Part shown: piece by piece, positions 22,837-35,500 of the stretch
How positions within the stretch are numbered: the first letter of the stretch is position 1
Layout of the letters: each line of letters opens with the position of its first letter
From: Aplysia californica
Lineage: Eukaryota
Direction: 5' to 3'
DNA: 63,909 nucleotides
NCBI RefSeq assembly: GCF_000002075.1
Contig: NW_004797904.1
Coordinates: forward strand, 300,135-364,043
The notes under the pieces: generated by a model
Told to the model about the DNA's origin: nothing
What the model saw: only the letters and a program-made list of their open reading frames with translations
Database searches by the model: none
Program-made: the position numbers and the translations under genes

Positions 22837-24165
22837 CTGGAGAGAAAAAGGAGAATAAACAAAATCTAAAAATTCATAAATTTCCAAAAATGATAAAAAC
22901 GATACAAAATCAACAAAGATTTAGTCCCCTCGTCATACAAGAATAATATTCAAAGATATTTTAAATTTCACTGAATTATAATTATAAATAAGAAATATTA
23001 AGCTAAAGTTGGGGGGTGGGAAGGTGAGTTGAGGTGGAGGGGTGGGAGAGGCTTCTAAACGTCTTTTATTTATTGATGGACACAGAGATAGAGTAATAAA
23101 AGCAAAAATTCAGACTTGAGAGCCTCATCTGAATTTAAGCATTGGAAGCAGAATTCAAAACCTTGATTCAGTGTAGCAAAAACAAGAATCTCTTTAAAAT
23201 TCCAAATAATAGAACCCACCCTGCAAGATTGACCCCTTCATGACACGTGTTCAGTTTATCCTTCAACAAGCACACTTTTGGATTCCCACGGACAAAGAAA
23301 AGTACTAAATTTAGAAGTCAGTTGGCTAATAGTCAGACCTCGTTTGCATAATCAACTATCTCTAAAAGGAAAAGATTTCTTTAGTTTGAAAGGAAAAAAT
23401 ATTGCTGAATGTGAATTTGCAATTAAATTTTCCATGCAGTGCATGTTTAAATAGAAGCAATGCCGAAGACAAACTATGACAGCTAGGATTAATTCGTCAT
23501 CATGGTCCTCATGCTTCAAAAGGCAAATCGTCTCCTTTGCCGTATGAGAAAAAAATTAGGAAGGGAGAGTATGGCATATTGGTCACGAATGAGTTAATAA
23601 TGAATTTTTAAAACATATAAAACCCCCACATCACATCCCAACCAATCCCTACTTGATCATTAATCTATTAAAAATGAATTAAATGAATCCTTATTTGTTT
23701 AGATTCTTTTATTAATGTCTAAACTCCGATAATTTCAAGGGTAGTTTTTATTTTTTTAAACGACAAGGGTTAAAAAATCATTAAATTGAATCAAAATCAA
23801 GGGATCAATCTAAAGCAGGGGCAGGGGATGGGTTTGAGCTTCGCGTGTTAGCAATGAACGATGACCATCAAATAAAATTACTTGAATTACCTCTGCTAAA
23901 TAATCATATATATGTTATCTTACCCTCTGCTAAATAATCAAATGTTATCTTACCCTAACAACCCTAGCAGTAAAAAAAATTAACGATTGGAAATTCCTTT
24001 AGCACCTGAATAAATAACATGTCATATTTTCTCTCTTCTTACGATGGAAAGATTGAAAGATTGGTACAACTTAAGAATCTGGGTCCCGTCTGTTTAGACG
24101 TGACATCATCCACACAGAGTACTGGATATATAGATACTGATTTAAATATTCGGTATTGATGTTTT

Positions 24166-24909
24166 GAATACCAGTCATTTCGTCAAACGGTCATTTCATC
24201 ACACCGGTGCAGTCAAGATGTCACAGTCATCTCGTCACACCCCAAATCCACAAGGCTGAATGGAGACTGTCAATATCAAACGCGAATTGTCAAAGCAACC
24301 GCAAATCACGATTTTTGGGAGAGGGTTGGGGTTGTGTGTGGAGGGACGAGGGGGGGGGCAGTGCGAGTCGTTGTGCCTATCTGATCAGCTACACCGTTCA
24401 TAAAATGTATGTATTGACAAAATTGAAATCTATCGAGATAGATCAACAAAGTTTTTAGGTATTATAGATGAAAGTTGAAAGGTGTGATTGGCAATACCAT
24501 TACCATATTATTAGTTCTGTTAAAAATTTATTAGTTAATAGAAGTGTGTGTATATATATATGGTACGTACTGCGATTGCTAAAAGCTAGATCCTTACTTT
24601 CAAACATTATAAAGCCTTAATTAACTCTTTACCAGACATTGTTTTTGCCGTATAATTTAAACAATATTATGTTCAACTATGGAACAGTTTGGACGAAGAT
24701 CTAATTTACATTAAAATTAATAGTTTATATAACTTTTTTTTTAAAAAGCTTTAGCTGCGCTGATCCCCCAAAGCTCTACTTGGCCTTGCTAGCATTATAA
24801 CAATTTTGGAGAGATTTAATAAGGGCTATACATATATATAAGTGAAGTCATTTCGTCACACATAATTGGGGTGTGACGAGATGACTGTATGACAAAATGA
24901 CTGGCTACC
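24166..24909. mobile_element. MITE family C with repeated GTCATYTCGTCA subterminal motifs and ~8-bp TSD
   Basis: CCAGTCATTTCGTCAAACGGTCATTTCATCACAC is the inverse of GTGTGACGAGATGACTGTATGACAAAATGACTGG; flanks GATGTTTT and AATGTTTT. Confidence 0.72.
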
Positions 24910-24921
24910 AATGTTTTATCA

Positions 24922-25334
24922 GTAGATCTAGATCTAGTCTAGAGATCTAGATCCAGACTAGACTCTAGCCTACAAAAGGAGCAGTAAAATTTCACTTGTT
25001 TTGATTAAGGCACAAGGCAAGGGGGGGTTTCAGGTGGGGCCCCTGACCTATCAAAAACATGGAGGGGAGGGGGGGCAGGGAGACCATAATTTGATGTTTT
25101 GCAATTAGATCTAGAGTCTAGGTTTGAAGGCTATCTTTTCATATCAGCACGGGCATCAAAAAGTAATCGTTTAGTTTAGTCAGAACCAGAGTAATCGTTT
25201 AGTTTAGTCAGAACCAGAAGTAGATTAGATCTAGATCTAGATCTAGATCTAGATCTAATTGTCGTTGGGGTCAAAACTAGTAACCCCAAACGGGACCCAG
25301 AGTCTGAAGTAGTAGATCTAGAATCTAGATCTAC
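24922..25334. repeat. Cluster of palindromic (AGATCT)n / TAGATCTA motifs in DARS2 intron 1
   Basis: Runs at ~24923-24952, ~25106, ~25227-25257 and ~25313-25333. Confidence 0.8.
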
Positions 25335-25560
25335 AGAAAGATTATGACTATGGCGTCTATAGATTAAATGTATGAGTATTCTATTGTATTATTGACGACT
25401 GACAACATGCATTCCAAAGTCAACGTCGTTTGTGCCTGTTGTAACCTTCATAAACTTTACCAACCCCACCCCCTAGATATACTCCATCACAAATCTTGAA
25501 TTCAAATCTTAAGTACAGGATGGGTGATTTATTTCTCCTTCTCTCAGACACAGGCCTTAC

Positions 25561-25657
25561 TTGAAAAGTATCTGCTAGAGGATATAAAGTTTAAATTCTT
25601 GCGACAGTGTAAACACTGAATGAGATATCGACGGCAGATTCTCATGGGGGCTGCCAT
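25561..25657 (-). CDS. DARS2: Mitochondrial aspartyl-tRNA synthetase, exon 1 (transit peptide)
   Basis: AAAATGGCAGCC start. MAAPMRICRRYLIQCLHCRKNLNFISSSRYFS is Arg-rich with no acidic residues, like a presequence. A|GTAAGG donor, phase 1, matches exon 2. Confidence 0.75.
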
Positions 25658-25998
25658 TTTGAAAATTTTGAAACACTTTGCTTGCAGTTCTGAAAGTAAA
25701 GAATTAGCCGATATAGATCTAAAACTTGAAATAAACAAAATTGTTTAATGTAATAATTAATTATTCGCAATGCATGTCGTTGTGCTCAGCGATAGTAAGA
25801 AAGCAGCAGTTTCTTCATGAAGTATAGTTTTGTTCATAGTTGGGTTTTTTTCAGAAAGGGAGTAAAAAATGTTTTAAGGAGTATATTGGAAAAGAAAAAA
25901 AAGATTGAACTGCCCTACAGGTTCTGCATTTTCTGAAGACAAGAACTGAACCGTTAATATTACAGGCCTAGCATTTAATATTATTGTATTAATGTACA

Positions 25999-27791
25999 TT
26001 ACAAACCTGGAGAAAACAGAGGACATCAGAAAGACAGCAATCATAGACGGGGAGCTCACACGACTCAATGTAGACATCACTGCCCTGCAAGAGATAAGAC
26101 TTGCTAACTCTGGTACCCCTAGGGAAAGAAACTACACATTCTTCTGGAAGTGTCTTGGGAAGATGAGAGAGGAATCCATTGTGTGGGCTTTGCAGTACAG
26201 AGCAGATTGCAGAACAGGATCAGCACCCCCCAAGGTATATCCGAACGTATCAGTGTCATGGATATGGAAACCAAAACTGGAAAGGTTCACTTCATCAGCG
26301 CCTACGTCCCAACCCTAACAACAGAAAATGAGAAAAAAGACCAGTTTTACGAGGAACTTCCGGATGCTATCAACAACGTCCCAAAAGTAGACCAACTGTT
26401 TCTCATGGGCGACTTCAGTGCAAGAGTAGGTACTGAAAACAAAGTATGGCCCACCTGTCTTCGACCTTTTGGGCTGGGAAAAATCAATGAGAAGGGTCAG
26501 AGACTCTTAGAATTCTGCACAAATAACAACCTTTTCATCACTAACACCTTCTACAGTGGCAAGGACAGACATCATCGTCAGAAAGAAAGATGCCAACATG
26601 GTAAAGCAAACAAGATCCTTCTACAGTGCAGACTGCAACACAGACCACCTTTTAGTCATAGCTAAGGCAAAGATAGTCTCAAGGAAAACCCCAAGAGCTG
26701 AAAAACAAAAGAAACCTAAGATCAACATAAGAAATACCAAAAACCCAGCGTTAAAGGCAAAATTTCAAGAACATGTAAAGGAAGAGCTCCAACATCTAGA
26801 TAGCTCATCCCCAGACAGCATGTGGAATAGCATGAGATCAACAATTTATAATTCTGCGTCAATCACTTTTGGAATAGAAATACCTTACAAGGAGGACTGG
26901 GTTGAAGCAAGTGCATCTATACTCGCACCTCTACTCGAGAAAAAGCGTAAGATTCTGACAGAACACAACACAAAACCAACAGAGAGTACAACAGCAAACA
27001 AAGTGACACCTCTAAAGTCTGCGACAGGTGAACAGCTGACAGACAAGAAGAAACAAATGGAAAGATGGGTGGAATATTATTCAGACTTATACTCAGAGAA
27101 GCGACATGTTGATAGACAGCTACATGAGGCCATTCCTCAGCTCTCCTAAATGTCAGAACTTGATACAACACCAACAGAAGAACTCTCCTCTGCAATCGAC
27201 GAACTCGCTTACAGAAAAGCAGCAGGAAATGACAACATACCTGCTGAAGTGCTGAAAGAGAACAAAGAGACCCTCCTCCCATATCTCTACAAACTACTAA
27301 TGACTTGTTGGCTGAAAGAAGAAATTCCACATGACATGAGAGATGCCAAAATCACCACACTCTACAAAAACAAAGGGGACAAAGGAGATTGCAACAACTA
27401 TGGAGAACTTGCCCAGGGAAAGAGACAAAGAGGAAGACCAAAATTGAGGTGCAAAGACTCCTGCAAAAACAGCTTATCTAAGTTTGGAGTAGATGTTAAC
27501 ATCTGGGAAGAAATAGCTGAGGACCGGAAAACATGGAAGAAAATTATAAAGGAAAGAACTATAATGCTAGAGAGCAGCCTTAGAAACAACCAGGCTCAGA
27601 AGCGCCAACGACGAAAGGAAAACAGCGGAAATACAGAGCTTCGATCTACGACACTGACATGCAAGCACTGCAACAAAATCTGCGCTTCAAACATAGGAAG
27701 AATTAGCCATGAAAGAAGCTGCATGATGAAGACAACCTTGAGACCATCTTAAGCTAAATTGACCGTCTGCATAGACGAAAAGAGCCATAGC
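25999..27791 (+). mobile_element. RTE-clade LINE, internally deleted, with 8-bp target-site duplication
   Basis: APE endonuclease motifs (DITALQEIR, SAYVPT, GDFSARVG, TDHLLV). RT N-terminal part (KAAGNDNIPAE, LYKNKGDKGDCNNY) is fused to the C-terminal YGEL..GKRQRGRPKLR and a C2H2-like finger CKHC...HERSC. Frameshifted; AATGTACA at 25991 and 27792. Confidence 0.88.
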
Positions 27792-28205
27792 AATGTACAG
27801 TTGAAATGTCTGAGCCAGCCACCGAGTAGAAAGGTCGTTGACTTCGACAGCTGGACGTATTATACAGTGTCATTTTGATGTAAAGATTATCCAAGGAAAG
27901 GAAGTGGGAAGTGGCAGTTTGTACGTGTGATTGTTTTATACAAGTGGCCGTTAGAACGTCATGTCCGACTGTAGTTTTACTTTTAACCAGTGGCGCATAA
28001 AGAAAGCGCCCACATTTTCTGCAAGATGCTGTCTTTGATGATAAAATTGTTATCCCATTCATAGTTTATAGAGTTGATTATCCCAAGAGCTTCACCAACT
28101 TTTCTACTGTTCGTGTACAAATAAAAGCCGTAACATAGACACATTTTAGTATTCTTGTATGATAGGGCGAACAATGGAGCAATTACTGTATTACGGTATT
28201 CGTAA

Positions 28206-28295
<90 letters not shown>

Positions 28296-28804
28296 ATGTG
28301 AGACCAGGATNNNNNNNNNNNNNNNNNNNNNNNNNNNNNNNNNNNNNNNNNNNNNNNNNNNNNNNNNNNNNNNNNNNNNNNNNNNNNNNNNNNNNNNNNN
28401 NNNNNNNNNNNNNNNNNNNNNNNNNNNNNNNNNNNNNNNNNNNNNNNNNNNNNNNNNNNNNNNNNNNNNNNNNAACAAGACAGGTAGAGAGGAGAAGTGG
28501 GAGGGAGACGAAAAGAGAAAGGAGGGAGGTAGAGCTTGTGTNNNNNNNNNNNNNNNNNNNNNNNNNNNNNNNNNNNNNNNNNNNNNNNNNNNNNNNNNNN
28601 NNNNNNNNNNNNNNNNNNNNNNNNNNNNNNNNNNNNNNNNNNNNNNNNNNNNNNNNNNNNNNNNNNNNNNNNNNNNNNNNNCTGGTGCTGGTACCATGTG
28701 TCTTTTTTTAACATTGTATCATATGCTTTTACGCCCCCCATCGATGGAAATGAGCTCTTTTCGGAGGCAGGCGTCCGATCCTGCATATCAGCCAAGCTGG
28801 GCTG

Positions 28805-29290
28805 CGGGGCACTCGAGTGGCCTAGAGGTTAAGGTGTTCGCTTCTCATTCAAAGGTCCAAGTTCGAATCCTGGAAGCCACCGAAAAAAATGTGTTCCCTA
28901 AAACTGTCTCCTCTCACCTCCTTTCCTGCTCTCTAACAATGTTCTGTCGTCTGATTTCGTCTCCGCTTTCTGCCCCCACCTCTGGGCTCCTGACTCTTTC
29001 TGCAGCCTTTCTACTGCTTCTCCTTGGCTCTTTCTTACTGCTGTCTTTCAGCCACACCGCTGATCTTCAGGTAGGAAAAATCTACACCTAGCCTTCTCGG
29101 ACAAGGGCGAAAAATCTCGGAGGTCCCGCATGCAAGCTGTGCACGTTAAAGTTCCCTTGGAGGTTCAAAATCGATTAGAGTAGGCTTCGGCCGCCACCCG
29201 GGAAAAAATTCCAAATTTCCTACCATAGTGCCTCCCGCGTGCTCATATGACCAAATGCAGTTGCGAGCGCCGTAAAACACTTACCAAACC
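28805..29290 (+). mobile_element. tRNA-derived SINE
   Basis: A box TGGCCTAGAGG, B box GTTCGAATCC, body, and 3' tail ATGACCAAATGCAGTTGCGAGCGCCGTAAAAC shared with other dispersed copies. Confidence 0.7.
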
Positions 29291-29420
29291 TGGGCTAAGA
29301 GAGATACATTGTCCCAGCAGAAAGACTGAGATACTCGATAAAATTTCACCCACACGGGAATCGAACTCATTGTCCCCTGCATGCGACAGTGAAACGCCTA
29401 ACCATTGTACAACAGACAGT
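29291..29420 (-). mobile_element. tRNA-derived SINE head (family shared with ~34505-34705 +, ~43225-43385 -, ~51215-51290 -)
   Basis: TGGTTAGG..CTGTCGCA..GAGTTCGATTCCC followed by TCAGTCTTTCTGCTGGGA, which is also seen at 34588-34606. Confidence 0.68.
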
Positions 29421-29546
29421 AACATTTCTGTAAATCATCTTGCCCTGTTATGGCTTATTGTTGCTTCTGAGGCAGGGATACTGAAGTATTGTACGGTACG
29501 TATTACATAACATTATTATCTGTACCAGTCTCTGTCTCTGTCTCTG

Positions 29547-29609
<63 letters not shown>

Positions 29610-30962
29610 CCGCTGAGATCACTTTTCTCATCAAAAGAATCTGGAACCAAACGATTAAGGTACTGGACAAGCCTGGTGGAATCATGCGCTCGTCAAAACA
29701 ATGAATTTTCAAAAAAAAGAACCAAAAACCCCAACATTTTCCCGCTCATTGGGCATTTGGTATCGAATCTTATATTTTGGGCTCAACACTTTTTATACAG
29801 GCTTACATTTAAAAACACATTTCTGAGTGAATTTTACTACGAAAAGTTGATATTCAGTATTTGCAGTTCTCCAGAGGACACAAAAGCATTGAAGATCACC
29901 AAACTTAGGAGTCCATTTTCTCGCTAATTTTACTTCTGTCACTAGGCGACCTCCCATCCCCACCCACTCACGCACACAATTCTTCAATCGTAAATATCTC
30001 AAATTCTTTTCAAGATAACAGGTACTTTTTTCCCCCTCATAATCAAGGCAAATGGATAGACGTGTTGCTAGAGGAGATTAATACACAAAGAAAGGGAGGT
30101 GGGATAAGGACGATAGGTGTCTGACAGGAAAGAAGGAGCAATAAATCACACAAGAACAACAGCCAACCATTCACTGCAACTCCTTTATTTTCGATACTTG
30201 ATTAGATTTCGCCCCACTTCTTGTCGCCTAATCGTTTAGAGAACGCCTCGGAGATTGGATTAAAAGATCTAAATCTCTCGCTTGATTAACTGGTGGCAAC
30301 GTCAGCATCGATCTACGTCACTGTAACGGCGAGAAGAATTAGTACGCAAGAGAAAACAAGTCAGTAGCCGTCTTAATCCCTGAAGTGAATGGATTAACCA
30401 CCAGTGCTGGGGTAGGCGTTGGAAAATGCGAGACTATTATTACTGTAATATTGATTATTTATCCTCTCTGCAGGGTGTCCCCTTGTCCGTATCCGGTGTC
30501 GTTGACCTAACGAAGCAATTTCTGATTACTAAGTCTGAATTGAGGGAAAGCTAGGCGTTAGGTTCATTTTGGCAGTTACTTTCAGAAACACATGAGTGGC
30601 AGAATCATGTGTGGAATGGGGAGAGCGAATTTGTGTCGCATGAAGCATGTCTGTCTGTCTGTCTGTCTGTCTGCATGCGAGTTTGACAGCCATTTTAGTG
30701 TCTGACACCAGGCTACCCTCACCTTCTTCAATCACAAATATCTCGATTTCTATTTAAGACTGATGGGTATTCATTCGGTCATTTTAGAGGCATAATATTG
30801 TAGTAAAGTCGTTGAACTTTGTAGTAAAGTTANNNNNNNNNNNNNNNNNNNNNNNNNNNNNNNNNNNNNNNNNNNNNNNNNNNNNNNNNNNNNNNNNNNN
30901 NNNNNNNNNNNNNNNNNNNNNNNNNNNNNNNNNNNNNNNNNNNNNNNNNNNNNNNNNNNNNN

Positions 30963-31170
30963 CTTGATCATTATATAGGCCACGAACAAACACTCTCCAC
31001 TTTTCCCTATCCTGGGCTAGTCGCTTGATGTCACTCCATGTCTTTCCTCTTTTTTTGTACATCCATTTCTTTTCCAGGTTCCGCGTGGTCTTTCCCTTGT
31101 TCTTTTACCCTGTGGGTTCCAATCTAACACATTCCTTGTTATGCAGCTGTTTGACTTCATGAAAGTGTCT
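30963..31170 (-). mobile_element. RTE LINE 3' fragment
   Basis: LDWNPQGKR..RPRGTW and KTWSDIKRLAQDREKWRVFVRGL, typical of an RTE C-terminus. Confidence 0.75.
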
Positions 31171-31720
31171 CTTGGACTATCTACTTATTCTATATCTACC
31201 GTCCAGACAAATCTGTACTACGCATATATGCATGCTGCTTTCAGATCGTCGGCAAAGACAAAAAAGGCAACGCGCGACAAAGTCACAGAGCCTCCCCGGT
31301 ATGTCACAGACGCCGGTATTTGTACTCGTATGTAATCCAGGCTCTCGTCAAGACGATGGAATCGAAGAATCCGCCAACTTTTAAATTGCTTACTTTTTTT
31401 CTTCTTTTTTTCTTTTTTTCTTTTTTTTTCTTTTTTTTCTTTTTTTTTCTTTTTTTTTTCTTTTTGCTCAACACCTTTTACGTCCATTCAAACAAAAACT
31501 CATTTTTTAGATAAATTTTATTAGGGACAAAAAGTAAATGAGAGGAAAAAAAATGTAGCCTATTTTTTTTTTTTTCAGTCTTCCTTCGATTTGGCTTCAA
31601 AGCAGCCCAGAGAGTGTAAGGTACTTTGTGCTGTGTTCATTTATTTATTTCATTTTTTAAAATATATTTATCTACTTTTTAGGGTTGGGGGATTTTTTTT
31701 TGGGGGGGGGGCTTCTAATA

Positions 31721-31775
<55 letters not shown>

Positions 31776-32163
31776 TTCTTTGAGAATTATCCAATAGGAC
31801 AATGAGTTGCTCCCCTTTGTCGCATGACGTCGATATCATTCTTTTTTCTTCTTTCTCTCGCTGACGGCTTAATCTACAGGAACATTCGTAGACACAACGC
31901 CAACACAAGAAATACATGTAGCTGCTTAGTTAAACATGAAAACAATATATTATAGAGCCTTATGATCACTGGAAAATGAACCGCAGGAATTTATTACAAC
32001 AAAACCATTAACCTGTGCCGAAAAAACAAACGACGAGAAAATGGGAACAGTAACAGCTAAAAATAGTAACTTCCGAAGGCAAGAATCTGGTATTTTTCTT
32101 TCCCGCAAGTCATAATTTGTCACAGCTTCTCTGTTACAGCAAAAACGAACTCTATATGTGTCA

Positions 32164-32528
32164 TGACGCAGTGGAATCCGGTGCTCGTCCATTTTTGGAC
32201 ATTTCGGAGTTATTGGTATCAACTTAAAGCCTGTTCATTTGCCTTGCTTTTGGGGGAAAATATCCATCTATTTTGTATACAAGTCGAGATAATTTGCAAT
32301 TGAAAGAAATGGCGGTTGTCTGGTTTCAGAGGGGACTTCCATAATTTGAGAGTCCTTGAAAACTGAAAATGTATAATTTTGTGTCAAAATAGTAACTTCC
32401 TAAGATTCGTTTTAAATATCTCTTCAATGTCTCAACATTTTTCATTAAAATCCACCCAGAAATGCGTCTTTAAATGTACATGATGTCTGTTTCTTTGACT
32501 TCATTTTGACGAGCGCCTGATGTCCTCA
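32164..32528. mobile_element. MITE family A, degenerate copy (further partial copies at ~5433-5500, 29674-30052, 31333-31560, 34905-35277)
   Basis: GTGGAATCCGGTGCTCGTCCATTTTTGG...GAGTTATTGGTATC...TTGACGAGCGCCTGA is shared with the other copies. Confidence 0.7.
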
Positions 32529-35500
32529 CTATATGCATTATATTATATTGTGATTTGAAGTAGCCAAAGCCAGAACAGGACAGAACGTTCTAGAATAGAA
32601 GAAGGTGGTTTTTTGTCCAGAAAGCAGAAACTTGACCCATTTCTGTGTTGGTGATCCATATTCTTTAGGAGTTGTCTGGTTGAGATATTTTGTCTCCTCG
32701 AACATTGATGTTGATCCCAAAAGTACTGGCTTGCAGCAAAAAGGGTTGTCTTCTCCAGCATCCAGGCTTGGTAACACACATAGGTACCGGCCATTGTTTC
32801 TTTCTTGTCCACCCTCTTTGTAGATATGTTTTTAGTGCTACGTTCCATTTCTGGAACGGAAAAGTTAGTTGACTGTTTATGTGTAGACCAACTAACCAGT
32901 GTGCTAGTGGCCAGATTTGGTAATGCTATTGTTACATCACTTACAAAAGTAGCCAGTAGAATAGTAACTGTTCAATCAGTTATAGCCTGTGGTGTAAAGT
33001 GTATCACCATGTCAGTGTAGCCAAACAAATCTTGCCATTTCTTTTTATCATAGGTTTGCCTCGATCTTATTTGCTCGTCATACCTGACAACTGAATTACC
33101 CCGGGTACAAAACACTCGGGCCGGCACAGACAACCCAATGGTCTGTGCTCTCCGCACGATCCCTCGCAAGAGTTCTGTGAAGGAGGAAAGGGAGTGGATG
33201 TCACATGTTTGAGGGCAGGTTCTACTGGCCCACATGACCACAACAGAAAGAAGACGAGCTGTTCTAGGAGACAACACCTGGGCATCACGTGGTGTAAACT
33301 GATGTCCACATAAGTTCCTTGACCAGGGCGATAATAATATCTCTTCCCAGTCGTCATCCCGTGCAGAGGGAAAAGAGGCTCACGCGGAAACTATGTGTGN
33401 NNNNNNNNNNNNNNNNNNNNNNNNNNNNNNNNNNNNNNNNNNNNNNNNNNNNNNNNNNNNNNNNNNNNNNNNNNNNNNNNNNNNNNNNNNNNNNNNNNNN
33501 NNNNNNNNNNNNNNNNNNNNNNNNNNNNNNNNNNNNNNNNNNNNNNNNNNNNNNNNNNNNNNNNNNNNNNNNNNNNNNNNNNNNNNNNNNNNNNNNNNNN
33601 NNNNNNNNNNNNNNNNNNNNNNNNNNNNNNNNNNNNNNNNNNNNNNNNNNNNNNNNNNNNNNNNNNNNNNNNNNNNNNNNNNNNNNNNNNNNNNNNNNNN
33701 NNNNNNNNNNNNNNNNNNNNNNNNNNNNNNNNNNNNNNNNNNNNNNNNNNNNNNNNNNTTGCATTTACTTCGCCCGTGTTCATCTCGACAAGCTGCATAA
33801 TGTGCATTACAATAAAGTAAGCAAGACAGTCACATGAAATCGAAAATAGTTTAAGAAAACCTTTACTAAACTGATTACACACAGTTCAATATGCTGGTAC
33901 ATTGATGAACATCCATTATTACAATAAACAGATACGTGTACTCATATCGAGCATAAAAATGCAAATCAGTATAGATACATAGTTGGATATAAACAGCATA
34001 CCCTGAAGAACATAAGCCAGTTGCACTTTATGCTAAATTGAAATTGAGCTAACATCAAATAGACAAGCCAAAATTAGGGGTATTTTTTCTTGCAGTATGG
34101 TCTACCTGGTGATTAGACCACCAGTAGTATACTCTCTTTTCTCCTTTGTCACAAGACGTGAAGATCATTCTCATTACCTTTTTTTCTCTCTCCCTATAAC
34201 AGGTTGACTAACTAAATGTTCCATTGTTTGTTGGTGTCGGGTTTTGTTGTGTGTATGAGGAACAAATGTCATAAAAGACATTGTAAAGAACACGTTTGAC
34301 ATCTATTTACAGTTGTATAAAATACGCTTATCTTATAACAAATAGCTTAATAAGTGTCAAAGGTGACACGCTGTGTTTACTTGTCAATTATTTTTCCCTC
34401 GAGGGAAAAGAGAACAGAGTTCTGAGTTCTATCCTCCCAAAAAACCAGGAGACTTGACTCTTTCAGAAGAAAACTTGATATCAGAGCAGTCATATCTGGG
34501 TTTTTTGCATAGGAGTTAGGCCCTTCGCTGTCGCACGACGGAGACCTGAGTTCGATACCCGAGTGGAGAAAATGTGTTTTGAGTATTTCAGTCTTTCTGC
34601 TGGGATGTTATGTTCGTCTCAACCCGGGTAGGCCCTGAAAGAAAGGGTCGGATGTCCGCCTTCTAAATTATCTAAGTGCCGTGACGGTGGCTTAAAAACA
34701 CCTACACTGAAAAGAGGAGATACCATAGCTCATAGACTTGTGTTATAATATCCAAGACTGGGAACTTCTGACGTAATTCTGAGTCACTATGGAGCGCTGC
34801 CATTTGACTCTATCTGGAACCAAATAAAGGGCAAGGAGGAATACGTTGTGCCTTTCATTTGCACATCCATGTTGGGCACCAGCGCGGAGAAGTATAAAGA
34901 AGGCTGTTCATTTGTTTTCCTTTGGATGAAACAACACCTGGCTATCTGGAATAGAAATCGAGGTATTTGGGATTGGTGGAGGTCATGGGGGTCGCCAGGT
35001 CCCAGAAGTAAAATTAGTGAGAAAATGGCCGCCAAAGTTTACTGACTTCCAAACTTGTAGCGTCCTTGAAAATTGCAAACTTATAATATTGTTTTGTGCC
35101 TTTACAAACTGTTTCTCAGTTTTAAATAAAGCGTGTTTTTTAAATGGACATAGAAAGTGTTGAGCCTAAACAACAACAACAAAAAAGAAGTCGAAAATAA
35201 ATTCCCAACAGGCGGGAAAATGTCCTTTTCTTCGATTTCCTTACTTTGACAGGCACTTGGTTTCACAACGAAGCCTCACAGAATAAATAATATTTCTTGT
35301 AATTCAAGTCTTTGTCAGTACGGTACCTGGGAACTGTAGCTGAAGCGTCATGTGGTACAGCTTTAGGCAACATCATTCCGGTCAACAAAACTCAGGTTTA
35401 TGTTTGTTATCGGTGTAACGCTCTCATTGGCACCCATATAGAGTATTTCGAGGATATTCGAATAGACAAACAAAAAAAACAAATAGTCTGATAGAGAGAA

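Noticed and set aside
28805-29420. tRNA genes (including tRNA-Asp-like heads with a GTC triplet near an AspRS gene)
   Set aside because: The cloverleaf stems are degenerate and each head continues into a shared repeat body, so these are SINEs. Proximity to DARS2 is probably coincidental.
32538-33357. Cluster of 70-100-aa ORFs on both strands
   Set aside because: No recognisable motif, in-frame stops between them, and no convincing splice-site chain. A decayed gene or element cannot be excluded.
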